NCBI GenBank assembly: GCA_964519305.1
Contig: CAZFHY010000003.1
Coordinates: forward strand, 1-64,000
Length of the DNA stretch: 64,000 bases
Reading direction: 5' to 3'
From: Candidatus Undinarchaeota archaeon
GTDB taxonomy: Archaea; SpSt-1190; JASMDC01
How positions within the stretch are numbered: the first letter of the stretch is position 1; each line of letters starts with the position of its first letter. Of the stretch, positions 37,263-47,338 are shown piece by piece. Position numbers and translations under genes: made by a program. The notes under the pieces were generated by a model. The model was given only the letters and a program-made list of their open reading frames with translations, made no database searches and had not been told where the DNA came from.

Positions 37263-40200
37263 ATGGCACATAAAGCGTTGAATAGAACATTGGCCCTCTT
37301 GGCCATACTCGTCCTTGCTACCACGATGGCGGTAGCTGAGGATGAGTGTCCGGCCGGAAAGGAAGAGTTTACTGGATGCGATGGTATCTATTGCATCAAA
37401 CCACGTTGTCCAAGCGGTTTCGCTGCGGACTGTCGCATAGACTGCATCGGTACTACGGTGCGAGCCTGTGTGGACGGTTTCTGCGAGTGTATCGAACAGG
37501 ACGACGGAGGTGATGATGGTGATGATGGCCCTGACCTACCGGACTTCGGTACACAATGCAACGTTGCGACCATCGACACGTCAAATCTGCAGGCGTACTA
37601 CGAAACCTACGCTGACCAGCTTTGTACAATCTCCGAACATTTCCGCCGATACGTGGGACGGACCGTTGCCGAACCACGATATGCAAATGAATACGAGTAC
37701 TACTCAGAATCGACCGATGTCCAGGGCGAGGTGCTCTCAAGCTATGAGGACGCACTGGGCAAGGCGATATCACATACCGTTACTGCAGAGGACCGTGCCA
37801 TCCACCATATAATCGATTTTGTTAAGCAGTACCGGAATGTCCTCCAATTAGCTGAATACACCCAGGAAGGATGTGGTGGCAGTTGTCAGATCTGCATGGC
37901 CAACGCTCTGGAGGATCCATGCACGTGCCGCGATGACCTGTGTTGTGCCGCACAGCCCAAGGAGTTCTGCGACTTCCACCTCAACTGCTACTGGGATGGG
38001 ATGGACGAGACCTGTAAGCTGAAGTGTTCTGATACTGATATGGACCAGTGCGGGGCGTTCAATTGCACAGGTTACCTCAAACCCAATATCAACTCGAACG
38101 TCGTCGAGACCGTTCCCAAGGGATCCACCATGAACGATGTGTGTGGTCTCGGGGACAGTGCTAAGCACTGCACATTCGATTGGACAACAGACACATGTAT
38201 CAATATCTGTGAACAGGGTACAAAGACGGGCTCCTGTACAGGAAAGCCGCTCTTCGCCCCTCATCCTGACGGCTATCCCCAGATAGAGTCCTACTGTGCC
38301 ATGTACGACGATGGGAGCAAGAGCGCAACGCTCCGTATCGAATACTCATGGGACAACTTCACCTACCACCGGATATTGACCAATGAGACCCAGTTCGGTG
38401 AGAACGTGATCGACTTCGCGTTCGTCCCATCGACAAACTGTTCAGAGGACGTCACCATCACGGGTGAGAAAGTGTTCACAGTCCCCCGCGATGATGTATG
38501 CTCTGACCTCACCAACCTCGAAGAGATACGCCGCCTGGACTTCGCTGATGAGGACGTTCTAGTTCTCGAGAGCAAGACCTACTCCAAAGAGTTCCAGGAC
38601 GACGAGGAGGCGCACTGCCTCTATTTCGAGCTGGACAAAGGTGCGGTCGATATGCAGTTCACGTATGATTACGCGACATCTACTAAACGGTGGCTTCACG
38701 GGATGGCAACGGCGCTGGACGGCCAGACACCCCGTGTCATCGAATTCCCTGAGGATGGAGGTACGATCACGACAAAGCTCGTCATCCCTGTAAATGTCGA
38801 GGTCACCCGTGTGAGCTTCGACCTGGAGGGCACGCTCACCGAGGACGTGGCGACAGAGGAGGACGGCTCTCACGGCCATATAGTGGCCGGGGACGTTACT
38901 GACGAAGCTTGCCACGGCCATGATATCACCGTGGGCGGGACGCTGTACCCCACTGCTGAGGTATGCCATTCCCACGAGATCGAAGACGGGAACGCCGCCG
39001 GTGGCTGTCACACTCACACAGTGACCATCGCTGGCAAGGAGTACACGTCCTCTGAGGACGGATGTCACGTCCACTCCCCCGCGGACTCGTCGTCCGACGT
39101 CCACACGCATATGTTCATAGGCATAGTCTCCGCTATCAAGAGCCTCTCGGGCGATTTCGGTAATGACGGTGCGGACATTCCTGCCGAGGACCTTGTGGGC
39201 GCCAAGAGCATTGAGGATGATGCGATCGCTGAGGCGTTGACAGGCATCGTCGAGACATGCACCTGCTCGGGTTGCTCAATTTCGGAAGATGGTAAGACCT
39301 GCAGTCTGGATATCGCATGGTCAGCGGCCTCCAAGGGCCAGCTATCCATCAGCAACATGGAGTTCCGCTGGGAAAGCAATGCTGAGCATGACCAGGGTGT
39401 TGCAGAGGCCCAGGCGTTCGTGCTCTACTGCGCCGACGCTGATCCGACCGCTTGTGGTGATCTCCTCACAAAGGAAGCGCACCCTGAGAGGTTCTTTGCA
39501 GGCGATGCACTACCTGCCGGTGTCGGCATGGAGCCCTTGACGCCTGCTCTACCCTGTGACGGATGCGAGGCCGAGAAGGACTGGAACCGTCTGACCATCA
39601 CACCGGATGCCGTTAACGCAATTCTGGGCGAGGAGCGTGTGATGCACTCTCTGATGGTCTGTGCCTTCGCAGCTTCCAACGGTAAGACCGAGACCACTGC
39701 TGATGGTGTCGCCTGGTACGAGACCCAAGCGAGCATCGAGCTCGGATTCAAGAACATCCTGGCCGGTATCAATCCCTACCGTGACTTCGTATCGAGGTAC
39801 GGACGTGAGGTAGCTCTCGGCGTAAAAATGACCGATTACAGCGGAACGGAGGCCTGCACTGACGGGGCAGGGCTCGAGCCCGTGCGCCAGTTCATCGGCT
39901 TCCTTTCAGAGGCAGAAGCGAACGGACAGAGCGCATATGGGGAGCTGATGGAGGAGGATGGTGTATTCTATGGTCTAGGCCAGACCCCCTTGGAGCTTGG
40001 CTTCGTCAACATAATGGGCACAGCGCTCTTCCCGCGGCTCGAGATAGTGGCATCGCTCTTGTCCGACGAGAACATCGCCGAGAACAAGTTCGCGAACCGC
40101 AAGATCGATGTGGACTCACGTGCTATCGTGAGCGGCCAGTCGGTGGCTTGCGGTTACCACCCGCTCAAACCCACTTACGAAGACATCCCTGACGACATCA

Positions 40201-43200
40201 ACCAGCTCACCGACGGAGTAATCATGGAGGACGGTAATGGCTGGCGATCCCTCGTGGCCGACAACGGTAACTGGATCCAAGTCGACCTCGAGGAGTCATT
40301 GGGCGTCTCCGGTTTGCGTCTCTACGCCTTCAAGCAAGGGGACGATATCATGAAGCCCGGTAACTTCGAGATACACGTCTCGAATGACACCGAGGTGTAC
40401 GAGCTCATCGACGAATACGTCTGGGAGCTTGATGCTGAAGAGACCCTTGTTGTGTTCAACCAGCCCATCACCGCCAGGTACATTGCCGTTGTTGTCGTCA
40501 CCGATGTGATCAATGGACAGTTCGCCACAAACACCGATCAGGTCGTTGATGAGGATGGCGACATCGTGCTCGCCACTGGTGAGACGGTCAGTGAGGCCCA
40601 ATCCGGTCTCTCTGAGATTGAAATATTCGGTATCAGACCAGTGGCTGATGATATTGAAGCGTACGTGAACCTCGCAGATGGGACCAAGAAGCTCTTGGAG
40701 CGGTTCTCACCCACGTCCTGGGCATTCGATGAAGAAGCGTTCCTGGCATTCAATGCCAGCGGCGTGGCATATCTCGCCTTGCCAACATCGACCCAGATGA
40801 TCGACACAGTGCTCCTGACGGGCGTTGATCCCAACACTACGGACTACACGTGCCCTGGTGGAGAGGGCGAGGTCCTGCCGGCTGCGTTGCTCGAGCCCAC
40901 TGGTGGTGCTGGCAAGCGTAAGGTAGTCATGCACGAGTTCCCCTTGGACCTCTCGGCGTTCCGCTTGTACGACCTTGAGCTCTCCTATTGGTCCGGACGC
41001 GAAGGTTGTCTAGTCGACCAGGAGGGATGCGAGGTGTTCAACTCGACCCGTGAGGCAGAGCTCCTCATATTGGACAACGCGGTCTACGTGGACACCATTG
41101 ATGAACCGTTCTCCATCGGTCTGGGTAACGGGACGGGCATCGAGACAGGTGATGGTCTGTTCGAGATCTCGGTATCAGATACTGAGGTCTATCCAGGCGA
41201 GTTCATAGAGGTGTTCGTCCGGTTCACACCGAGCAAAGATACCGAGACCGAGAAGCTACTCTTCTCGACCCGTCTGGACAACGTGACCGACGATTTAATG
41301 GCCGACGGATTCCGTAACCTCCTCCACTTCCGTATGGACAAGGAAGAGGTAAAGAAGCGTGTCCAGATCAGCGGCTGCTTCTGGGCGGACATAGTCTCGG
41401 TCCAGATCACGAGTCACATGACCGATAAGGAGGAGGACGTGCTCTCAGGGCTCCACGAGGAGTTCGGTACATCCGCGGTCCAGACGCGAGAGCGATTAGG
41501 TGGTATTGTGAAGGGAGTTCCGTACAATGCTACCTTCACCTTCCGTGCAAGCACGCTCCATAACAAAGGATCGCGTTCGGACCTACCTCACACCTGGTTG
41601 CTACGTGCAGATGTGCTGAACAGCTTCATAGGATCGAAAGGTCGCTCCTTCCTGCCAAAGGAGATCGTGATCCCGATCCGCATCTACAAGGAGGGTCTTG
41701 AGGACAAGGAAGAGGAGTCCTGCGTACCCGCGTGCTTGGGCGACCAGCTCATCTCTCTCGAGGTGTGCAAGGGGCTGTCCTTGCTGTGCACGCACTATAT
41801 CCGCGACTTCTTCGCAATGACGACTATCCTCAAGGACTACTACATCAAGGCACAGAACGCCCTTGACGATATCGATGAGTACGCTTTAGCGGAAGATGCG
41901 TTCCTGAACATCCAGCAAGGCACGACCGGTCTTGAGCGTGGTGCGTCCCGGCCCGTCGACCTGAATCTTGAGGTGCCAGCGCTCAAACGAGTATGGACCG
42001 ACCAGATCATCGATAAGGAACGGATCTCCAAATGGTTGTCGGACGTCATGCTCGGTCTCGCAAGAGGGCAGCAGTCGGCGGCGGTCGGTGAGATGGATAC
42101 ACGCGAGACGCTTGCCTTCTGGGACAAGATGATGCCCGAGAACCAGCAGTGGGCGCTAGAGCGGTACGAGGTCTGCAAGGTGAAGATGAAGAGCCTCGGT
42201 AAGTTCAGCTGCCTGGAGTTCGACGGATTCAAGAAGATGAAGGAGAACTCAAGGGCGGCCTTCGAAGCGGCCAGAACGAAGTATGGAGTGCCATACAACC
42301 AGCTCATGTTCTGGAACGGCATCCAGCGCAACCTCGAGGTCACCTTCGATCCGATCAAGAAAGAGAACAAGCCCAAGGAGGTGTTCGAGGCCTGTCTCGA
42401 TGCTGACTGCGGCGTCAAGCAACAGACGCTTGCCCTCGATGATGGTGCAGATATCGCGCTCTCGGGCACGCGGCTAACACTGAAGTCGACCCATCGGGAC
42501 CTTCCAAACGAGGTAATATCCTTCGTCTCGAACCTCGATCCCACCGAGCTCGAGGACATTCCGCGCCAGATCAGCGTGGACCTGTTCCTCCGCTCGCGAC
42601 AAGCGACCCTGTTCTCGGAGAACGGTGTGAAACTGGCGTACCCGCCGTTACCCGACGTTCCCTCCGAGTACACGATACCGGATCATGGAGTGACCATCTC
42701 CTTCTCACGTTCCAATGTACTGGTCGAATGGGACCAGGGATCGTGCGAGAAGTGCGAGCTATGGATTACGACAGAACTCGGTAATTGGACCGGTCAGTGG
42801 TACGTGTTCGACCTGGGACGGTTCAGCGCCGTCGCCAAGGGTTATGAGGAGCTCGTGCGCGAGGAGCGGGCACGTCAGTGGGCCCGCATGACACCAGTCA
42901 CCTACGAGGGTGACGATCCGTTGAAGCTGGAAGAGATTATGTCCTTCTTCGGGTTCATGTCGACCGTGCTCAACGACGTGTGCGTCGTCGCACAGGAGAA
43001 CGCGCAGATGCTCGCTCGGGGCGAGGATATCGCAGAACTCCACGACATCTCGAACGCCATGTCGCGCATAACCGAGAAGCTCCCCGCGGGCTGGGACCAG
43101 CTAGTGGGCGAGGTCGTCCGTGGATGGGCCGCGAACGAGACGGTCCATACGATAATGAACCTCGGCGATCCGATCGTAGACAAGGGAGATACTATGCGAG

Positions 43201-46200
43201 CTGACAGTGTGGTCAAGGCTTCGAACGATCTCCTTGGCTATATGTGCATGCAGACCATCCGGACCAAAGAGGGACCGGGTGACGACGATTCCGCGTTCAC
43301 CGATCTGAGCGCGTTCGCCGATCACTGGGACTGCAGCCGACTGAGCCCGGCCGATTGCGGTCAAGGGCTCTCGGCAAGCTACTGTTCTCCGTCGGGATCA
43401 CAGGGCAGGTGCGCTCCACTCACATCGAGCAGCGAGATGGTGTTCTTCGCCGAGCCTGATAGTATAGATGCTATCGAGCTAGCTGAGAGGTTGGCCGCAC
43501 CCGGTGTTACCAGCGTAACAGTTGTCTCGCCCGAATGCCTGACAGGTGTTCTGCTCGCTCTTGCAGAGCGTACGATGATCTGCGAGGACATAGATTCGCT
43601 CGCTGCCCGTATGGGTCTGCTCGGGTGCACGCGTCAGAGGGCCGGCTCATGTATCGACGATGAGGTCATCGAATCCGTGGCGATCTCGTCCTGTAAGATG
43701 GACGAGTCGGGCTGCTCACCGACGACCGAACTGTCCGCGGACCACGACATCTGGATGGTGTCGTGTACCGGGAAGGCACCGCTACGCGAACTAGACCTAC
43801 CGCAGTGTACTTCTTACGAGATGACCCTCGATGAGTTCCCTGAGGAGCTCTCTACGAACGCAGAAGGAGAGGTGACCGTCACCGTATCCCTCACAGAGAC
43901 CCAGCCTTGCATGGCGAGGACCTTCGCTCTCGACGCTGCTCGAGAGGAAGACGTGGACGGATCGTTGTGCCGCGTCACCAGTTCCATGCCCATCTACTTC
44001 TCCCTGGGAGGAGAAGGAGTGACCACCGCTACCAAGAAGGTCGTGATCAGGACCGGTTCGGAACCCGGTGTTTGCAGGCTCGAGGTATCCGTGTTCGATG
44101 GTGCCAAGACCACCAAGAACATAGCCTTCCCTGTGATCCCTGCAGATGAACCCACAGGCGAGTGTGCGGCAGGTCTCCACAAGGAGAACGGAGTATGCTG
44201 TGCTGAAGGATACACGTGCTGCGATAGTAACGACCAGTGCGCTAGCCTGAACACGTGCACGGCAATCTCCGCCCAGGACCTCTACTATGTCACAAATCAC
44301 TGTGACACAGAGAGCAACCGGTGCGTCGAGGACGATGCTGAGAAGTGGGTCCACTGCTCGGCGACAGGCAAGCTCTGCGAGTCCGGTGTCGGCTGTGTAC
44401 CGCCAGGACCTGTCAACGTCATCGACATGGCCATCGATGCCATGATCGGTGATGAGTACCGCCGCGGAGAGGAGTTCCCTGTGTTCGTGGATGTGCTCGA
44501 TGATAAGCTCGACCATATCACTGGTGCGACCGTGACTGTGACTGTTGGCGACTCCTCGGTCACACTTACGGAGGATTCGGCGCTCGGCTATACTGCGACC
44601 ATGACGCTGGACACGCTGGGTGAGCACACCCTGAAGGTCTCTGCGGACAAGGATGGGAACAAGGCAACATTAGAGAAGACAGTGACCATCTATACGATCC
44701 TGGACCTCTCCTGGACCGTTGATCCGCTCTCCACCTTCGCTGGGGACCAGGTCATCGCGACCCTCAACGCCGTTGACGGAGAAGGTCAACCTGTGACCGA
44801 CCTCAAGGCGACGTTCACACTTGATGGCAACGAGGTCCAGTTCGATGAAGGTCGTGTGCGCATCCCAGCGGACGTGGACACCGTCGATCCAGCACACACG
44901 TTGAGAGCTTGTGTCAGTAAGGCCTATTATCGGCCTGTGACGACCTGTGCTGACGGTGAGAAATGCTGCCGACCGAAGATAATATTTGTCGACGAGAATC
45001 CGTTCAAGATCGAGTTCCCATTCGACGATCCGCTCGACCCCGACTGGCCTGAGCCAGGGATCGATGCTGATGGTGACGGTATGGACGACGGATGGGAGAA
45101 ACACTATGGTGTATCCGATCCTGCGGCCGATCCCGACCTTGATGGCCTCTCTAACCTACAGGAGTTCCAGCGCCGGACCAATCCCACCAAGTGGGACACA
45201 GATGATGACGGTTACTCGGACCTCGATGAGGTTGAGTCGGGCACGAACCCGCTCGATCCGATCAGCCGGCCAGCTGGCGCTCCTAAGGTGAGGATCGACG
45301 ACGACAACGATCAGATGGACGATGGTTGGGAGAAGCAGCATGGCGTTTCAGATCCCGCAGAGGACCATGACCTTGACGGTCTCACTAACCTAGATGAGTT
45401 CCAGAAAGGTACGAATCCCACAGTCTGGGACACTGACAGTGATGGCTTCTCCGATGGGAATGAGGTCAATGCCGGTACTGATCCCGTCGATCAGAAGAGC
45501 CGGCCGCCGCTCCCGCCGGTCATCGTGAAGGATGATGACGGTGATGGTATGGACGATGGTTGGGAGAAGCACTATGGTGTAGATGACCCGGCTGCTGATC
45601 CTGACATGGACAGCCTCAACAACCTCGACGAGTTCCTCCATGGGACTAATCCGGGAGCTTGGGATTCCGATGGTGACGGTTATTCCGATGGCCATGAGGC
45701 AGAGGACGGAACCGATCCGATAGATCCAAGGAGCAGACCCGTTACATCGCCAAAGCTACAGAAGGACGAGGATAGCGATGGCATGGACGATGGCTGGGAG
45801 GCATACTACGGTGTCACCGACCCCGCAGGAGATCCTGACCTTGACGGTCTTACCAACCTCCAAGAGTTCCAGCAGGGGACACACCCCACGATCTGGGACT
45901 CTGATGGCGATGGCTATTCCGACAAGGAAGAGACCGAACGTGGGACCGATCCCGTTGATCGCAGGAGCCACCCCACAGGTGGGCCCACAATCTTTGTGGA
46001 CGAGGACAACGATGGTATGGACGATGGCTGGGAGAGGATGCATGGTGTGGACGATCCGTCTGAAGATGCTGACCTTGATGGGCTCTCGAACCTCGAGGAG
46101 TTCCAGTACGGTACCAATCCCACATCTTGGGATACTGACGGGGACGGCTACTCCGACAAGGAGGAGGTCAAGGCCGGTACTGATCCGGTAGACCCCGCGA

Positions 46201-47201
46201 GCCGCCCGCTGGACTTCCGTATCGTGGAACGCGAGGCGTTCTTCATCGGCGACGACATACCTATCACCATCCGGAGCAAGCGTGCCGGCACGATAACGTG
46301 CGCATCGGCATGGGGCGAAGAACCAGCCCAGGAGCTGTCATGCACGCTCGAAGGTGGTAGGTGCACCATGAACTTCAAACCTGATAGGGCAGGAGTTCTC
46401 ACCATCGCGTGTAACGCCTTTGGCATCGAGAAGAAGATGCAGGTCCAGGTGTGCGATCCCGCGGACACCTCGTACTGCAAGAACCTTCCGATCCGTGACC
46501 TGAGGCCGCCGCTATCGTTCAGCCTGGAACTGATCCCGGTGCGGCTCGAGTTGGCCCAGGGAGGGAGCGGCACCTTCACGGTGAAGCTCGCCAATACCTT
46601 GGAAAGCTCAGCCACGATAGAGGTGCATGTCGCAATGCCTGAGGACCTTGAATCCTCACTCCTTGGCTGGAACGCCAAGAGCATCTCGGTAGACGGCGCG
46701 GGGGAGAGGACCGAGGAGAACACAGTGACTATCCCCTCGGACCTGTTGTTCGGTGAGTACTCGGCCACAATTAGGGCCAAGTCCGGCGTGAACTCGGTGG
46801 CCAAGGAGGTCATCATTTCCGTCATGTACGACGTGGACACGTTGAAGGGAAAGATGGATGAGTTCGAGACGGACCTTTCCACCGTGGAGAGCACCATCCT
46901 CGAGCTACAGCGCAAGGAGGTGGATCCCATGACCGCCCGTCTCTATTTGCGGAAGGCCATCGTATCCTCCCTCCAGATGAAGCGGAACTTCAACGATCAG
47001 CGATATGTAGTCGCTGAAGAGAAGCTGGAGGAGGGTGAAGGAACCCTCGACAAGGCCAAACGGGAAGCAGAGCTCGCCAAGGCGCTGGTGTCCATCGCAC
47101 CGCAGGGTCGCAATCTCCTGCCGGTGGCCATCGGTGCTGCGCTCGTCATAGGGGCCATGAGCCTCATGATGCTCCGTGGCCCGACGAAGAAGAGACCCTG
47201 A
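37263..47201 (+). CDS. Giant (~3310 aa) single-pass surface protein: Cys-rich head, HxH cluster, discoidin/F5-8C-like domain, unknown domains, Ig-like stalk, five Ca-binding TSP3-like repeats, helical bundle, TM helix
   Basis: GGAGGA RBS before ATG 37263; signal RTLALLAILVLATTMAVA; NQLTDG...NWIQVDL...FEIHVSND...PITARYI (discoidin-like); TM LLPVAIGAALVIGAMSLMML followed by RGPTKKRP. Confidence 0.9.
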   Translation: MAHKALNRTLALLAILVLATTMAVAEDECPAGKEEFTGCDGIYCIKPRCPSGFAADCRIDCIGTTVRACVDGFCECIEQDDGGDDGDDGPDLPDFGTQCNVATIDTSNLQAYYETYADQLCTISEHFRRYVGRTVAEPRYANEYEYYSESTDVQGEVLSSYEDALGKAISHTVTAEDRAIHHIIDFVKQYRNVLQLAEYTQEGCGGSCQICMANALEDPCTCRDDLCCAAQPKEFCDFHLNCYWDGMDETCKLKCSDTDMDQCGAFNCTGYLKPNINSNVVETVPKGSTMNDVCGLGDSAKHCTFDWTTDTCINICEQGTKTGSCTGKPLFAPHPDGYPQIESYCAMYDDGSKSATLRIEYSWDNFTYHRILTNETQFGENVIDFAFVPSTNCSEDVTITGEKVFTVPRDDVCSDLTNLEEIRRLDFADEDVLVLESKTYSKEFQDDEEAHCLYFELDKGAVDMQFTYDYATSTKRWLHGMATALDGQTPRVIEFPEDGGTITTKLVIPVNVEVTRVSFDLEGTLTEDVATEEDGSHGHIVAGDVTDEACHGHDITVGGTLYPTAEVCHSHEIEDGNAAGGCHTHTVTIAGKEYTSSEDGCHVHSPADSSSDVHTHMFIGIVSAIKSLSGDFGNDGADIPAEDLVGAKSIEDDAIAEALTGIVETCTCSGCSISEDGKTCSLDIAWSAASKGQLSISNMEFRWESNAEHDQGVAEAQAFVLYCADADPTACGDLLTKEAHPERFFAGDALPAGVGMEPLTPALPCDGCEAEKDWNRLTITPDAVNAILGEERVMHSLMVCAFAASNGKTETTADGVAWYETQASIELGFKNILAGINPYRDFVSRYGREVALGVKMTDYSGTEACTDGAGLEPVRQFIGFLSEAEANGQSAYGELMEEDGVFYGLGQTPLELGFVNIMGTALFPRLEIVASLLSDENIAENKFANRKIDVDSRAIVSGQSVACGYHPLKPTYEDIPDDINQLTDGVIMEDGNGWRSLVADNGNWIQVDLEESLGVSGLRLYAFKQGDDIMKPGNFEIHVSNDTEVYELIDEYVWELDAEETLVVFNQPITARYIAVVVVTDVINGQFATNTDQVVDEDGDIVLATGETVSEAQSGLSEIEIFGIRPVADDIEAYVNLADGTKKLLERFSPTSWAFDEEAFLAFNASGVAYLALPTSTQMIDTVLLTGVDPNTTDYTCPGGEGEVLPAALLEPTGGAGKRKVVMHEFPLDLSAFRLYDLELSYWSGREGCLVDQEGCEVFNSTREAELLILDNAVYVDTIDEPFSIGLGNGTGIETGDGLFEISVSDTEVYPGEFIEVFVRFTPSKDTETEKLLFSTRLDNVTDDLMADGFRNLLHFRMDKEEVKKRVQISGCFWADIVSVQITSHMTDKEEDVLSGLHEEFGTSAVQTRERLGGIVKGVPYNATFTFRASTLHNKGSRSDLPHTWLLRADVLNSFIGSKGRSFLPKEIVIPIRIYKEGLEDKEEESCVPACLGDQLISLEVCKGLSLLCTHYIRDFFAMTTILKDYYIKAQNALDDIDEYALAEDAFLNIQQGTTGLERGASRPVDLNLEVPALKRVWTDQIIDKERISKWLSDVMLGLARGQQSAAVGEMDTRETLAFWDKMMPENQQWALERYEVCKVKMKSLGKFSCLEFDGFKKMKENSRAAFEAARTKYGVPYNQLMFWNGIQRNLEVTFDPIKKENKPKEVFEACLDADCGVKQQTLALDDGADIALSGTRLTLKSTHRDLPNEVISFVSNLDPTELEDIPRQISVDLFLRSRQATLFSENGVKLAYPPLPDVPSEYTIPDHGVTISFSRSNVLVEWDQGSCEKCELWITTELGNWTGQWYVFDLGRFSAVAKGYEELVREERARQWARMTPVTYEGDDPLKLEEIMSFFGFMSTVLNDVCVVAQENAQMLARGEDIAELHDISNAMSRITEKLPAGWDQLVGEVVRGWAANETVHTIMNLGDPIVDKGDTMRADSVVKASNDLLGYMCMQTIRTKEGPGDDDSAFTDLSAFADHWDCSRLSPADCGQGLSASYCSPSGSQGRCAPLTSSSEMVFFAEPDSIDAIELAERLAAPGVTSVTVVSPECLTGVLLALAERTMICEDIDSLAARMGLLGCTRQRAGSCIDDEVIESVAISSCKMDESGCSPTTELSADHDIWMVSCTGKAPLRELDLPQCTSYEMTLDEFPEELSTNAEGEVTVTVSLTETQPCMARTFALDAAREEDVDGSLCRVTSSMPIYFSLGGEGVTTATKKVVIRTGSEPGVCRLEVSVFDGAKTTKNIAFPVIPADEPTGECAAGLHKENGVCCAEGYTCCDSNDQCASLNTCTAISAQDLYYVTNHCDTESNRCVEDDAEKWVHCSATGKLCESGVGCVPPGPVNVIDMAIDAMIGDEYRRGEEFPVFVDVLDDKLDHITGATVTVTVGDSSVTLTEDSALGYTATMTLDTLGEHTLKVSADKDGNKATLEKTVTIYTILDLSWTVDPLSTFAGDQVIATLNAVDGEGQPVTDLKATFTLDGNEVQFDEGRVRIPADVDTVDPAHTLRACVSKAYYRPVTTCADGEKCCRPKIIFVDENPFKIEFPFDDPLDPDWPEPGIDADGDGMDDGWEKHYGVSDPAADPDLDGLSNLQEFQRRTNPTKWDTDDDGYSDLDEVESGTNPLDPISRPAGAPKVRIDDDNDQMDDGWEKQHGVSDPAEDHDLDGLTNLDEFQKGTNPTVWDTDSDGFSDGNEVNAGTDPVDQKSRPPLPPVIVKDDDGDGMDDGWEKHYGVDDPAADPDMDSLNNLDEFLHGTNPGAWDSDGDGYSDGHEAEDGTDPIDPRSRPVTSPKLQKDEDSDGMDDGWEAYYGVTDPAGDPDLDGLTNLQEFQQGTHPTIWDSDGDGYSDKEETERGTDPVDRRSHPTGGPTIFVDEDNDGMDDGWERMHGVDDPSEDADLDGLSNLEEFQYGTNPTSWDTDGDGYSDKEEVKAGTDPVDPASRPLDFRIVEREAFFIGDDIPITIRSKRAGTITCASAWGEEPAQELSCTLEGGRCTMNFKPDRAGVLTIACNAFGIEKKMQVQVCDPADTSYCKNLPIRDLRPPLSFSLELIPVRLELAQGGSGTFTVKLANTLESSATIEVHVAMPEDLESSLLGWNAKSISVDGAGERTEENTVTIPSDLLFGEYSATIRAKSGVNSVAKEVIISVMYDVDTLKGKMDEFETDLSTVESTILELQRKEVDPMTARLYLRKAIVSSLQMKRNFNDQRYVVAEEKLEEGEGTLDKAKREAELAKALVSIAPQGRNLLPVAIGAALVIGAMSLMMLRGPTKKRP
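45060..46200 (+). repeat. Five tandem 234-bp (78-aa) Ca-binding DxDGDGMDDGWE/TSP3-like coding repeats
   Basis: ATGGACGA recurs at 45081, 45315, 45549, 45783 and 46017 (period 234). Unit: DxDxDGMDDGWExxxGVxDPxxDxDLDGLxNLxEFxxGTNPxxWDxDGDGYSDxxExxxGTDP. Confidence 0.92.
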
Positions 47202-47227
47202 AAGGTTCTTGAAGTGATACGCCCGAT

Positions 47228-47258
47228 GGGGGTCCGGTGCACACGGTGCCGGGCCCCC
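47228..47258 (+). terminator. GC-rich hairpin after the giant gene (terminator or mRNA stabiliser)
   Basis: GGGGGTCCGGTGC-ACACG-GTGCCGGGCCCCC forms a 13-bp stem including G-U pairs; no U-tract follows. Confidence 0.4.
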
Positions 47259-47338
47259 ACACGTTATAGACACTCACAAGAGTGATCAGAAGGCCTGACA
47301 GCAACCTTATAAGAGGTAATGCAGATAAGAATATCACC

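Noticed and set aside
45060-46200. CRISPR array or non-coding tandem repeat
   Set aside because: The repeats are in-frame 234-bp coding units with synonymous variation and no unique spacers; no cas genes are present.
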